A stretch of 63,956 bases of DNA, filler included, from Conidiobolus incongruus B7586 (GCA_000697335.1; 15 parts of 15 records of this genome joined end to end with filler, not necessarily neighbours in it), one strand, 5' to 3'; positions 52,499 through 63,956 are shown, counted from the first letter of the whole stretch. Numbers and translations are program-made. The notes: generated by a model not told the origin, from the letters alone.

Positions 52499-53551
52499 TT
52501 ATTGGGCTTGTTCGTTTGTAGATATAACTTCCGGTACTGAATTAGGAAGCTCTAATTGTACAGGATGACTTTCTGATAAAGGTTCTTTTACCTCTTCTTG
52601 AGTTGATTCATGCCCATTTACTGAATGAAATTGGTTTGTTGATTCATGTCCTTTTGCTGGCTCAGATTGATTTGTTAATACAGTTTCTTTTGCTGGCGCA
52701 AGTTCGTTTGTTGATTCAGGTTCTTTTGCTAGCTCAGGCTCGATGGTTGATTCAGGTTCTTTTACTGAGTCAGATTGGTTTGTTAATGCAGGCTCTTTTG
52801 CTGACTCAGATAAATTGGCTGGTTCGGACTGATTTACCCGATCATGTCCATTTGTTGATTCAGGCTCCTTTGATGGCTCAAATATAATAGTTGATTCGGG
52901 TTTGTTGGTTGAGTCAGATAGTGTTGATGGAATAAAGAGGTTGTCTGATTTAAGTTTCTCCACAGATTGTGGCTCGTTTCCAGGTTCTGGTTGTTTTACA
53001 GACCCAGGCTGATTGTCTGAATGAGAATTTTTTGCTGTCTTGGTCGCCTTTTTCTGCTTAGGAACTTTTGCCGGCTTAGGGTCCTTTGTTGTCTTGGCCT
53101 TTTTGGCAGGATTTGTATCTTGGGTTGGTTCATTTTCGGAGGGTTTTATCTTTTGAAATCCAGAATTTTTTAGTACACGCCATACGGTAGTTTTACTAAC
53201 TTTGAATCCTTCAAGGTTAAGCTCTTTAGCGATATTGGCACAATTCATGCGTTTCTCATCTCCTCCTTCATTTTTGATTTTGTTAATTATGGCTTCAGTC
53301 ACCTCATCGGTTTGTTTTGATTTCCGACCGGTACGGACACCATCTTCAAGGTGCTCTTCGCGCAGAGAAACGGGATAGGTTTTGGGATCGAAACCACGTT
53401 CAAGTGCTTTTTTATAAATGCGATCGACAGTACGGCAATTAAGGCCAGTCATCTCAGAAATTTTGGCAGAGGTCATATTTTCTAGACCCTTTAAGGTGAC
53501 TACCAGAGCCCTAGTTGGAATATCAGTGGAATTAGCTGCAATTCTCGGCAT
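52499..53551 (-). CDS. Intact 350-aa protein: Tc1/IS630-type bipartite HTH DNA-binding region, Lys-rich linker and acidic tandem repeats; no DDE domain (putative domesticated transposase)
   Basis: HTH1 (TSAKISEMTGLNCRTVDRIY), RTGR.SKQT linker, HTH2 (CANIAKEL...VSKTTVWRVLKNSGF). Homology ends at KIKP, where the catalytic region would follow. No TIRs seen; CpG retained. Confidence 0.82.
   Translation of the reverse strand: MPRIAANSTDIPTRALVVTLKGLENMTSAKISEMTGLNCRTVDRIYKKALERGFDPKTYPVSLREEHLEDGVRTGRKSKQTDEVTEAIINKIKNEGGDEKRMNCANIAKELNLEGFKVSKTTVWRVLKNSGFQKIKPSENEPTQDTNPAKKAKTTKDPKPAKVPKQKKATKTAKNSHSDNQPGSVKQPEPGNEPQSVEKLKSDNLFIPSTLSDSTNKPESTIIFEPSKEPESTNGHDRVNQSEPANLSESAKEPALTNQSDSVKEPESTIEPELAKEPESTNELAPAKETVLTNQSEPAKGHESTNQFHSVNGHESTQEEVKEPLSESHPVQLELPNSVPEVISTNEQAQ
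52580..52920 (-). repeat. Coding tandem repeats (~36-bp / 12-aa units, KEPESTN.....)
   Basis: Recurring gttgattcaggttcttt(t)gct units on the plus strand. Confidence 0.75.
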
Positions 53552-53673
53552 TATTAAAAGTCAATTTTTAAAGCGAATAGAAAATTAAAATTATTTAACC
53601 AACTATCGCCTTTTAATCTGTTTAAAATCATCTTTTGACTACATATATTAGGTTTATTTTAGATTTTATTTTT

Positions 53674-53759
53674 ACCAATATTTAATTGGATAAATATATT
53701 TCCTGACCAATTACATAGTTTATTAAATTTAACTAATCTCCGTTTCATAATTGACGTCA
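53674..53759 (-). promoter_or_regulatory. Candidate promoter: CCAAT boxes and a perfect CRE (TGACGTCA, 53752-53759)
   Basis: 120-210 bp upstream of the ATG at 53551; CCAAT clusters also lie upstream of paralog 4 (51790-51818). Confidence 0.35.
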
Positions 53760-54363
53760 GTTAACCATTCAACAAATCATAATGCATAAACTTGTTTCAA
53801 AAATTGAGCCTTTAATTTGTTAAATATATAAATGAAAATAATTTAATCAAATGATGTAAGACTTAATATATTTTCTATTCATAATATTTTCATTTTTAAT
53901 CATATTTAAGATCAGTTCATCGTCATTTAATGAACTATATTTAATTATATATATTTGGATAATTGAAAATATTATTAATAGATAATATTTTAAAATTGGT
54001 AATATTATAATTATGAAAGGTATTAATCTTTATCATATATTAATGAAAACAACTTATCAAATTGATAAATATATACTTCTTTATTTCAAAATGATATTCT
54101 TATTTTAACAATATATATTAAAATTATTCATTTCAAATTTTGGTTTAATCATAGTTAAATTTTTTTATAAATTTTATAAAAAATAATTCTGCAATATTTA
54201 AAATACAGTTAAAAGGTGTTTGGTGATATATTCAATCAATCAAAAAAGCTAGTTGCAAAATTATTCAGAATTATATAATATATTAAAAAATATAGACTTA
54301 TCTAACAATTAGTTCTAAAAAGATTAAATATGAAAATTTATTGTTAGTGTTATATTTTTTTTA

Positions 54364-55015
54364 CTATTGGTATTCAACAAAATTCAATGTCCAATATCTC
54401 CTCCAGTACCCTGCACCAAATACTTTAGATTCGGGATTAACAAGAATTTTAAAATGCTCATCAGATTGAATAAATGCGTTCATTGCCTCTTCAAGGCTAC
54501 TATAACCTAGACCTACACACTCACCAACATACTTGTAATCTATTCCAACTGCTTGTACTCGATCTTGCAGTCTTGATCCATCTGAGCTGATATGAGTCCA
54601 TCCTCCTCCCTGCCGTGATTGATCCCAGCTATGCTTCATTGCAACGTAATATAATTTTTTATCCAAAGTAAGGGGTCCAACACCATTTCTTGCGCGAATA
54701 TCGTTGACCATTTCTAATACCTTCTTAACATTAAATCTACGGTATGGATTGTCCAAACTAAATAATGAGCGGTCATAATCAACTCGTCGACTATAATAAC
54801 CATTAGAAATCAATGTCAGCATATATTTAATTGACTTACACTTTTCTTGGCTTCGAATTATGAGTAAGATCATTAGTATTGGCTTGAATATTCTTCCATC
54901 CAGGCTCAAGAATAGCAGCCAATTTAGAATTTGTTCCTAAATTTCCCAAAGTTGCAGCCAGCTGCAATTGGAATAAGTTAAAAAACAAACCTAAATAAAC
55001 TAAATTCAATTTCAT
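54364..55015 (-). CDS. Secreted CAP/SCP (PR-1-like) protein; join(55015..54840, 54790..54364), 200 aa
   Basis: Signal peptide MKLNLVYLGLFFNLFQLQLAA; 49-nt intron GTAAGT..GCTGAC..TAG; VN.IRA..GV.PLTLD..L...A..HS, THISSDGS, VGE.V, S.EH..IL and YWT..F motifs. Confidence 0.88.
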
Positions 55016-57500
55016 ATTGAATATTTTAAAGTAAAAATTATAGTTATTATCCTATTGACTCCAGCTCTTTATATTACTCCTTAACTAATTTCCCAATGCG
55101 CCAATGAGTGACAATGGCTATAATACCAATTAACTTTTTACTAAATGAATTTTTTTAAATTTTTTATCAGCCAAATTACAATCAATATAGAACACTTTTT
55201 AAACTAATAAATCTTTACATCAGGGTTTGAAAGATTAATGACGGAGACCATATTAAATAAAAGAGATCTGTTAACATTGATCCTAATATTTAACTATTTT
55301 TTTTCAACGTTATATAAAACTTTTTAAAATGTATATATAATAGTCAACTGTATGATATAGCATACATACAAAGTGTTGATATAAATTTGAATTAAATTTT
55401 TTAGTTTGCCCAACTATTAAAAATTGAAAAATTTAACTTTAGGCGCAATCCACTTCATTAACATTAACCATAAATTATCTAAAAAGCTCTTAAATGAATA
55501 AGATGTCTATTCAAGTACCACGAGTTTAATTAATTTTAGTTTTATAGATTATTAAACTGGTATATATTTTGCATATGCAAGGATACTTTGACTTTATTAA
55601 CCAAATTAAGCATTCCTCTTTTCATAGTTTTTACACATTTGAAAATTAAGATTAGTTTTGTATTTTTGATTAGTAAATTATATTATATTCAACACCCACA
55701 TTATGTATTTTTTATTTAAATTTGATTTTATATCTATCATATAAAATTTATAATATATATATATATATATATATAATGCATTAACCTCAGGTAAAATATT
55801 TGTTTGACTATTATCATCCTAATGTATATTTGTGACTATTAAAGTTAAAATATTTGGCGTATATTTTATCAAATACAATATAATCCCCAATAATCTTTAA
55901 TAAAATAATATACATAATAAATATCCACAATCATAGCCCCCAATAGACCTTATTCAGTTTAATTTGTTATTCTAGCCTATCAGTAAGAATCCATACTTAA
56001 TTGCATTTTGGAATCGCGCCTAATGATTTAGTATACTAACCTTAAAATCCTGGAAATATATTTTAACACATCTTTGACAAATTTTCGAATTTTAGAGTGA
56101 TCTAAATTCAAGTGAAATTTATCAAAATACAATTCAATCTATCCTAAAGAATTAAAAATATTAGTCTATAAAACTTGTTATCACGAGTTTTGTAATTCGT
56201 TAACTAATGTATTCATCTTAATCATTTCAACTTATTGATTATTTTGCATAAGTAAAAGATCTTAAATTCTGTGAATGTAAAGATTAGATGAAAATGTTTT
56301 TTATTATTTAGGAAAATCAACTATAAAAAGATGGAGTTAAAAAATTTAAATTATGATCAACTTTATAAATAATTATAATTAAATTTTTATAACAACCTAT
56401 GTTAATCCATTTAGACCATATTTTAATATATGTCAATAAATTGAGACTATATTTAATTAAACTATATTAATTTTGTATATTATATTTATTTTAATTATTA
56501 TATTTTTCAAAAATCAAATATCAATATTTATATTATAATAATTAAAATTNNNNNNNNNNNNNNNNNNNNNNNNNNNNNNNNNNNNNNNNNNNNTTAATTA
56601 ATTAANNNNNNNNNNNNNNNNNNNNNNNNNNNNNNNNNNNNNNNNNNNNTTATACTCTAATTTTAATATTAAATGGTTTAAAAATAATAAAATAATTATT
56701 ATAAAATAATATTATTAATTTTTTATATATTTTAATAAAAAAAGAAAAAAAATATTAAATTTTTAAAATTTTAGTAATTTTTGATTAATAAAATTTTAAG
56801 TTTTAAAATAACCAGTTTAGAAGAGAATTATAGCTTTAAAAAATAATTTTTATATATGCTCTTATGAACTTATGGAAAATTTCAATAAATATATAATTTA
56901 ATTATAAAATTACTGATAGTTAAGGTTTAATATTATAATACTATAATATTATTATAGTTAAATTCAATACTAAATTATAGACAAAATATATTGATTGAAT
57001 ATATATTATAAGTCAGATATATATAAAGTCTGAAAAAATTAATTCTTTTATTTATTTATATATAAAATATTATATCAGAATAATAATATTGTTAATAATC
57101 AGAATTAAAAAATTTTGCTATTATTCTAATTAAATATAGATATTATAAATAATATTTTGAAGCTATAATATTATAAAAGAGTTTATTGAAGTATATAATT
57201 ATAATGTATATATTCAAATGGTTTCTTTATTAAAGAATAATTTAAAATATAATTATTTACATTCAATATAAATAATACTATAAATATAAATAAGATATTT
57301 TAGTTATATTGAATCAAATTTATATATTTAATATATAGTTAAATCTTGTTATTTAACTTTACTTAAATTCCGAGTTATATATTAAGATAAAAAGGAATAA
57401 TTATCGTTTAATATTGAGGTAGGAGTTCAAATAGGACATAAAATATACATCATTTCAAAGCTAAAAACATATAAAATTCAAAAATAGAGGTTGATCAGAT

Positions 57501-57810
57501 TGTAAGTCGGTTGAAAAGTGGCCTTGCAATAAGGTTCAAGTAAATTCGATAAAATGGGCCAAGAGTGGCTAACGAGACACTTCAACGATTTAATTAAAAT
57601 ATCAAGACTTAGGGCTTGGCCTTAATCGAGATGATCACGCAGCAAATATGTGCTCAGTGGTGATTTTATAGTGCTATCAGTCCTTGGTTAATTTGTTGAA
57701 ATACTGTTGTAGTTATTGTCAAAAATTTGGCAATATGCAAGTATTGTAAAAGATACTTGAGTGTAGATTACGTTCCGAATAATGGCGAGCGGACCTCCTG
57801 ATCCGCGACA
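57501..57810. mobile_element. LTR-like segment (310 bp, TGT...ACA termini)
   Basis: GC-richer island bounded by TGTAAGTCGG and CCGCGACA; TATA-like CTATAAAA on the minus strand; no TSD or PPT found. Confidence 0.35.
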
Positions 57811-57952
57811 ATATTAATGAATATTTTCAAAAACTATATTAAATTTAAGGAATTATTAGAAATGATGGCAATGAGAAAAAAATTTAAAGAAAATACTTTA
57901 TTGCAAAATCAGGATCTATAAAGGGTAGAAAATTCTAAAGTGGTTAACTTAG

Positions 57953-58282
57953 TTACTGGCCATAATAGTGCTGATATATTCTTCCACATGTTACTTTAAA
58001 CTCATTTTTATACCATACACCATCATATCTATTATCTTGTATAATACTTTCTTGAATATTTGTACTAACTTTACCACATTCAATTTCTATTGACTTTGCA
58101 CAAGCTTTTGACATGGTATTTCCATTCCCTTTGATAACAATATCTCCATTTCCAGTTAAAACAGGCACAACTTCATCACATGAATTACTTGTTGGTACAG
58201 CAACAGTATAACACTTTCCGTTCCCAGTTCTATAAGTTAATGTATTGATATTATTGTCAAACTGAATATATTCACCAATTGA
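57953..58282 (-). CDS. 3' part of a Cys-containing ORF (5' end in gap), resembling viral class III glycoprotein segments
   Basis: Open frame from the gap: ENSQVISIGEYIQF...KCYTVAVPTSNSCDEVVPV...SIEIECGKV...YDGVWY...TC...GQ*. Confidence 0.45.
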   Translation of the reverse strand, partial: SIGEYIQFDNNINTLTYRTGNGKCYTVAVPTSNSCDEVVPVLTGNGDIVIKGNGNTMSKACAKSIEIECGKVSTNIQESIIQDNRYDGVWYKNEFKVTCGRIYQHYYGQ

Positions 58283-58619
58283 GATTACTTGTGAATTTTC
58301 AGNNNNNNNNNNNNNNNNNNNNNNNNNNNNNNNNNNNNNNNNNNNNTTAATTAATTAANNNNNNNNNNNNNNNNNNNNNNNNNNNNNNNNNNNNNNNNNN
58401 NNTAGTTTTAAATATCAAGGATAATATTCACCTATAATATTAAGTTAATATAAAGTAAAAATAATAGAAATAATTTGATAAAAATAATATAATATAATTT
58501 ATAAATTATACTTAAAACTTTTAAAAAAATATTTAATAAATATATATATAAAATAAAATATTATATTAATTTGCTATAGGGAGTATAGTTTTTATTTGAA
58601 ATATTATTTAAAACACCTA

Positions 58620-60590
58620 ATATAATTTAAACTAATTATTTTATTTTTGTAAGTGTAGTGGTAGTTAAACTAATATAGTATAGAGGAAAACTTAATATAA
58701 AAGTAGTGTGGTACAAAATGTAGTAATATAATGTGGCTGTAGTGTGCAAGTATAAAAAAAGTTTAATTAAGCTTCAAACTAGGATGAGTCACTGATATAT
58801 TAAGATTTATATTAGGTAGTACCAATATCCTATAATATCAACAGAATATAGTTTTAATTTTAGAAATAGTGTAAAAGTAAAAATAGTAAGAATTAAGAAG
58901 AAAAAAAAAGAACCTAGTTTATTAAATAATTTAATACTATTTATACAATTAATTTAACTATATAAGTATAAATTAATTATATAATTTATAGTTAATTAGA
59001 TTATATAAAAGTATATATAAGAATTTAAAAAACTAGTCTTTTAATATTCCCCTAATAAGTTTTTTAAAAGAGACACACTCTTTAATTTTTTTGTAAATAG
59101 GTATAATAAACTAAAATATTCTTAATATTTTCTAGAAGTTCTTATATAACTTTTTTAATAAAATAACCCATCTATTTTATATAAAAATAAAACTTATTCC
59201 TAATAGATTTAAACTTAATTATATAATCAACATAGTATTCTTCTTCTCTATTTTAATTAATAATTAGATCTAGTTTTAAAGTTTTTAATTAATTAGGAAA
59301 AGTATTAAAATTTTTAAAGTATGGTTTAATTTTAGATATGTGAAAGGTAGGGTTAATCTTTAAAGTTAGAGGTAATTCTAAGGTAATATTTTTAAAATTT
59401 AAATCAATAAATTAAATTTTATAGGGATTATAATATAATAGTAAGTATTTAGGATTTAAGCTAGATTTAAATAAGGTAAGTTTAAAGGTAGATTATTCTA
59501 AGTATATAAACATATTAGTTTTATATTTAAAAGGGTTTCTAAATAACTTTAAGTATTATTATTTTATAATCCTTTAATTTTCTTCTAAGTTAAATTTAAC
59601 AAGAGAATTAATATATTTGATATTAGATTAAAATTCAACAATGTTTAAAAGTAAGTTAATTTAAAGTTTTAGAGTAATTATTAAGTTAAGATATTTATTA
59701 TAATTAATAAAATAAAAGCTAAAACTTGTTAATTTATTAATAAAAGTGTTGAATAAATATTAAAGTTAATAGATATAAGCATCTTAATTTAATTAATTAA
59801 TGTTAATATAAGCTTTAATTATTTACTTTAAGGTTTTAATAGTTTTTTTAACAAGTTTATTAGTTTAATAATAATTAGCAGTAGATATAATTAGGTTAAT
59901 CTTAAAAGAAAAAGATAGTGATTTCTAAAATTAAAAGTTAAATTATAAATCTTTATTAGATATAATAGTTTATAAAATTTTATAGTAAGTAAAAATATTA
60001 AAGAATAACAATTGTGTAATATCTTTAACTATAGAAGTTTTAAAACAAGGAATAAAATAAATATATTTGGAAAATGAATCAATTATAATTAGTAAGTTAT
60101 TATAACTATTTGTTGATTTAAAGATTTCTATAAAATTAAGTTAGATTTGTTGTTAAGTTTTATTAGGGACTTATAAAAGAATAAGTTTATTATATTTTAG
60201 TTGAGTATTATATTTAGTTCTTTAGCATATATTATAAGTATTAGTGTATTTCTAAACTAATTTAATTAAGGAAAGTTAATAATATTTTGTTTTAATTCTC
60301 TCAACAATCTTTAACTAGTTTTAATGTTCTTTAATAGGTAAATTATAGTATTCATCAAATATTATTTGTTAAATCTTAAGAATATTAGGAATATATAAAT
60401 AATTATTATAATATAATAAGTTATTAATAATTTTAAATCTTTTAATATATTTTAGTTAGTTTTCTAATAGTTTAAAAAGTTCTTCTTTAACTAAAATAAA
60501 GAAATTATTATTTAACAGTGTTTCTTAAAGTAGTTTAATAAATTTTTTATTTCCTTTATTAATAATCATTAAGTTAATATTTGTTGGATT
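58620..60590 (-). mobile_element. Gypsy chromovirus 3' region (integrase, chromodomain, PPT, 3' LTR), heavily mutated
   Basis: Minus strand gives KINPTFHISKL (GPY/F region) and EEEYYVDYII...K*MGY...*ELLENI (chromodomain); AGGGGAA PPT at ~59048-59054 precedes the LTR. Confidence 0.75.
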
Positions 60591-60690
60591 NNNNNNNNNN
60601 NNNNNNNNNNNNNNNNNNNNNNNNNNNNNNNNNNTTAATTAATTAANNNNNNNNNNNNNNNNNNNNNNNNNNNNNNNNNNNNNNNNNNNN

Positions 60691-60758
60691 ATCCACACTC
60701 CAACTTAATTCAATACAATTATCCTAGTTTCCAGCACTAGGATAATACATGGTAGCAG
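60691..60758 (+). mobile_element. End of 5' LTR (…ATACA) and primer-binding site TGGTAGCAG
   Basis: CA at 60748-49 is followed directly by TGGTAGCAG, complementary to the initiator tRNA-Met 3' end. Confidence 0.75.
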
Positions 60759-61007
60759 CAAGACTCACATCTCTCCTATTCCAACCTAAAATCAAAAAAT
60801 AATATAATATATATTTTATAACCTCCTCATTAAATCTCAATCTTCCATTACATCTTTTCTCTTCTCATTTCTTCTCATCTATCCTTATTTCTCCTTATCT
60901 CTTATCTCTTCTTATAACCTTTTCTCCTATCTCATCTCTCCTTATCTTTTACATTAATTTACCTCTGCTCTCTTGATTATATTATAGTTTGTTTAGATAA
61001 AACCAAT

Positions 61008-61966
61008 ATGACTACCTATGGTGTCCCAACTCACACAGGGCAAAGTCAGGAAAATTCCCCTAACCAACATGGAGATACCTCCCATACCCCAGAAGTTCTC
61101 TTTATTGAAGATCTCTTTGATGAAAATAATAACCCGAATGATCATTTTTACCAACTAAACAATCAACAAAGAGCGAACCTCTTAATCCGTTTATTCTCCA
61201 AATATCAGGACCAAAAGAGAATGACTCCTTCTCCATCTATATACTCAGCTCGTGAGATCTTTCCTACAACTCCTTTTATCAAACAACTATCTAAACAATT
61301 AAAGAACTATGATGGTTCTAGAAAGGCTCAACAAATCCAAGATTTTTTGAATTCTTTCGAGATGTATTTCAAACATGTCCCAATGACCCCATCAGAGCAA
61401 TTGGATTTAGTATCTATCCATTTAACAGGTAATGCCCGAACCTGGCTGGAAAACTACCAAAGGTCACACCACCTTTCCTCTGGCGAGTACGATTCCGAGT
61501 ATATCAATGACTTCGAACAGTTTAAACAAAAACTGAAAGACGAATTTTACCCTTTTGACTCAGAAAATGTCGCTTATCACAAACTTCTAGATCTGAGACA
61601 AACTACCACTGTTTCTAGTTATTTAGATGTGTATCGACGCCTCGAAAACCGCCTCCCTCAACGCCATTCCTTCGATCGAATTATGAGCTTTCTACATGGA
61701 CTTAAGAAGGAAATCTACGACAAAATTAACCCTCTAGTCTCTCCCCAAAATGATTCTTTTGAACGTGTTGCAGAGTTGGCTCTAAAGTACGACTCACCAC
61801 ATACCAGATCAAAAGAAAAAAGATTCGTTCGTCCTTCTTCTCATTCCTCTTCGATTCCCCAATCTCATTCGTCCACTTGGAATTCTGATCGAATGATCGT
61901 CGATAACATCCATGCCAATAAAAAGGCGTCAGCTATACCTACCAAATATGTTCCCCTTACACCAGA
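61008..61966 (+). CDS. Ty3/Gypsy Gag (retrotransposon gag domain), open until the gap
   Basis: YDGSR...FL..FE.YF, HLTGNARTW, F..FK..L..EF.P, L..LRQT.TV..Y, FL.GLK and DRM.VD motifs; lies downstream of the PBS and a pyrimidine-rich leader. Confidence 0.88.
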
Positions 61967-62086
61967 NNNNNNNNNNNNNNNNNNNNNNNNNNNNNNNNNN
62001 NNNNNNNNNNTTAATTAATTAANNNNNNNNNNNNNNNNNNNNNNNNNNNNNNNNNNNNNNNNNNNNATATATTAGATTATTTAAAA

Positions 62087-63561
62087 CTATAATATATAAT
62101 TAAGGTATATTATTTAATAATAAATTAATATATTAAAATATATTTAATAAACTTTTAGCAAAAATATTAACCTTTAATATTTAACTATGGTAAGTTATAA
62201 ATTTATGGGTTTTTAAGATAAGGGGATATATTTAACAATATATAACCATATTTTTTTTTGTTATTATTTTATATAATATTTTACAGATATACTAAATTCT
62301 TTTTATTAGTATCATTATACTTAAATCCCTCTTTAAAAAAATCCACTTGTATATCAATCAACTTTATAAAAAAGTAAATCAACTTGTAATATTGCTAGAA
62401 TTACTAGTGTTAGTTAATCTACTATAGTTAAAGTTGTTAAGAATAGCAATAAAAAAACATTTAAACTTAAACTTAAGTGTGTTAAAATCATAGATAAATA
62501 TAATAAGAAGTATATTTGTAAGTTAATTAGTACAAGCAAATATAGTATTACTATAAAAATACAGCAGGAATTATAAGACTATATAAGAATATTAGTTAAC
62601 CCTAATACTATTATACATGTTTTACATCAGTATAGATACCACTTACACCTCAAGAAAAAACACCCCTAACTAAAAAAATCCTATTATAAAACTAGGTGGG
62701 AGTTTAAATATTGCTATTAATGTTAAATTAAAACTAATTAGAATAAAGTTATTTAGTTTAATGAAACAAAAATATACTTTAGTGAATTTGATAAAAAAGC
62801 TAGATGCTTTAAAAAAGATATAGAACTACTTTATAACCATCATGTTAATTTTACCTAAAAGTATAATAGTGGGTTAATTATTGTTTAGGGATATATGTTG
62901 TCTTTAGGTGTAAGATATCTTTGTAAAGTTAATAGGGGAATTAATACTGAGATATACTAAAGTATTCTAAACAATGAATTGAAAAAAACTATTAAATAAT
63001 ATAAGTTAAACAAATCTAATGTTATTTTTTAGTAAGATAATACCCTTTACTATATTATAGCTTCTACTACCAAATAGCTTAAAAATAACAAAATAATTGT
63101 TATAAAGTAGCCTCTTTAATTTTTTAACTTTAATTTAATTAAACATCTTTAGGATTAGTTAAAAAAAGTTATTAAAGCTTTCTCCTTAGCAAAAAATTTA
63201 GATTAACTTTAGAAATATATTCAAGAAACATAGAATAAGATTAACTTTTCCTAGTATAAGAAGTTAGTTGATTCTATACCATACAAACTTAAAGAAGTTA
63301 GAAAAGCTAAAGATAAATACACTAGGTTTTAATTTTTTTTATCACCAAAAACCTACAAATTTATAACTCACCTTAGGTAAAATTTAAAGGTTTATATTTT
63401 AACCATTTAATAGCTAAATATCATCATTTAATGATATATATAACTAATAAATATAATAGATTTTAACTATTTAATTTAGGTTTATTTCATTAAATATTAA
63501 TCAAGTTATTAGTAAAAATATAAGTGTTTTTGATTTTATAACTCACTTTTGTAAGCTAGTA
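62087..63561 (+). mobile_element. Tc1-like subfamily A copy (5' end in gap)
   Basis: Collinear with 23295-24795; right TIR present. Confidence 0.9.
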
Positions 63562-63956
63562 TATATATTATTTATAAAAATAATCTTTGATTTAAATAAT
63601 ATTTATATAATATATTAGATTATAATTTCTAATTATTTATTTTGAAAATTATAAAAATGAATTAATTATAATATATTAATCAGATTATAGCTTTAATAAA
63701 TAATATTATTTGATATAATTAAAAAACTTAATTAACAAATCATCTTTTAAATTAAGAGTTATTTATAATATTATAAGGTTAAATCCTTATTAAATAATTT
63801 TTAAAATATTCAAACCTAAATAGAAATATATTAAAAAACTATTATTAGAAAGATATTATTAGTTTTATATGATATATTAATAATTATAAACTATATTTAA
63901 TTTTCATTATAAATATTATATTCTAAACTATAAAATTATTTAAATTAAATATAAAT

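Noticed and set aside
52603..52887. ORF with LLIQVLLLAQ repeats (pentapeptide/LRR-like look)
   Set aside because: Antisense shadow of the KEPESTN coding repeats of 52499..53551.
56650..57450. Very AT-rich, possibly transposase-derived sequence; also 31160-32020
   Set aside because: Too degraded to assign beyond a short Tc1-B-like piece at 56650-56720.
21876..62086. Recurring TTAATTAATTAA between N runs (14 times)
   Set aside because: Identical context at every gap; an artificial six-frame-stop scaffold spacer, not a biological repeat or CRISPR. Contig order across these gaps is unverified.

Overview
Very AT-rich eukaryotic scaffold, most likely a fungus. The ~50-nt GT-AG introns, a fungal ankyrin+DIL gene, Mpo1 and TLC genes and the composition suggest an early-diverging lineage such as Entomophthorales/Conidiobolus-like; this placement is inference. 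Fourteen assembly gaps each carry an artificial TTAATTAATTAA spacer. Gene islands at 1-21 kb and 44-55 kb hold NOL8/Nop8-like, EAF7, MPO1 plus a pseudogene, two TLC paralogs, a divergent Dal5-like MFS, two tRNA-Lys(CTT), ankyrin-DIL and a CAP protein. These alternate with transposon graveyards at 21-43 kb and 56-64 kb: two Tc1 (DD34E) subfamilies, a DD34D mariner, solo LTRs and Gypsy/chromovirus pieces. Main highlights: (1) a head-to-tail array of five diverged genes/pseudogenes at 47.7-53.6 kb derived from a Tc1/IS630-type transposase DNA-binding region, only one intact, which looks like a domesticated family under birth-and-death; (2) a repeat-restricted C->T/G->A hypermutation, mostly CpA->TpA with CpG nearly absent, resembling RIP; (3) two nested insertions whose TA targets appear to have been created by that mutator; (4) a fragment resembling a viral class III glycoprotein; (5) a 27-bp promoter module conserved between the TLC paralogs.
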